From assembly GCA_030264375.1 (NCBI GenBank), contig JASCQW010000163.1:21495899-21559898 (forward strand): DNA of 64,000 bases. Reading direction: 5' to 3'. Numbering within the stretch: the stretch's first letter is position 1; every line of letters starts with the position of its first letter. Source of the stretch: Carcharhinus longimanus (lineage: Eukaryota). Below, piece by piece: positions 63,391 through 64,000 of the stretch. The notes under the pieces were generated by a model that saw nothing but the letters and a program-made list of their open reading frames with translations, did no database searches and was not told the origin of the DNA. A program made the translations under genes and the position numbers.

Positions 63391-63641
63391 GCGCTAGGGA
63401 CCTGGATTCGATTCCTGGATTGGGTCACTGTCTGTGTGGAGTTTGCACATTCTCTGTGTGTGTCTGCGTGGGTTTCCTCCAGGTGCTCCAGTTTCCTCCC
63501 ACATTCTGAAAGATGTGCTGGTTGGGTGCATTGACCTGAACAGGTGCCGGAGTGTGCCGAAAAGGGGAATTTCACTAACTTTATTGTAGTGTTAATGTAA
63601 GCCTTAATTGTATAAAATACAAGTAATAATAATAAATAAAA
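63391..63641 (+). mobile_element. V-SINE, tail B, 5'-truncated
   Basis: gggacctggattcgattcc...gtgttaatgtaagcc...aataaataaa. Confidence 0.9.
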
Positions 63642-64000
63642 CTTCTTAACTTTTAAAAATGTTGGTCTTTGCACTTCTGAATCTGATTGTAATTAGCCCT
63701 TATTGACATATATCCAGGGGTTGAGAGTAGTTATTTGCCACTCCACCATCCCTCCATGCACCCTTCCCAAGCTGAGCCAACAGTCAATCATTGGGTGAGG
63801 AATCCCACAAAAAGCTAAGCCATGTTCAATGAGCTGTAATTGGATTTTTAACTATTCAAAATAGCAACGACAGCTGAATCACAAATCTGGCCTGCTAAGT
63901 AACGGTGGAATGCTGTTAAATGTCTCCATTATTAATTATCAGAGATTTCAAACTAGATTTTTAAAATTAAAATTCATGATATTTTAGCTACCTTTAATTT

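Noticed and set aside
1-64000. CRISPR array, prokaryotic operon or defence system
   Set aside because: The sequence is an intron-rich vertebrate locus with no regularly spaced repeat-spacer array or operon-like ORFs.

Overview
Vertebrate genomic DNA, almost certainly from a cartilaginous fish (inferred from HE1/V-SINE-type SINEs and shark-type CR1/L2 and Penelope repeats). It is AT-rich with six N gaps. The window holds the 3' ~90% of one + strand gene, ZNF280D (SUHW4; ZNF280/POGZ zinc-finger family). I assembled 16 coding exons by hand (2795-58592). All introns are GT-AG and their phases join into one uninterrupted frame of about 900 residues: N-terminal low-complexity region, C2H2 array, HPZ-like finger and the acidic 'LEPLTPSEVLEHEATEILQKG' C-terminus. 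The start codon lies upstream of the window. Introns are filled with decayed mobile DNA: a Penelope-like element, a hAT (Buster/GTF2IRD2-type) fossil, CR1, RTE and CR1/L2-group LINEs, several SINE families and a probable solo LTR. Almost all ORFs in the supplied track are spurious or repeat-derived. I found no convincing wholly new multi-gene system. The most interesting signals are: a LINE family with a tRNA-like 5' head plus a short 5'+3' deletion derivative; decayed hammerhead-like motifs in Penelope-type repeats; a frame-shifting 28-nt microexon gating the C-terminus; a GAG splice acceptor; and SINE tail-swapping and chimerism.
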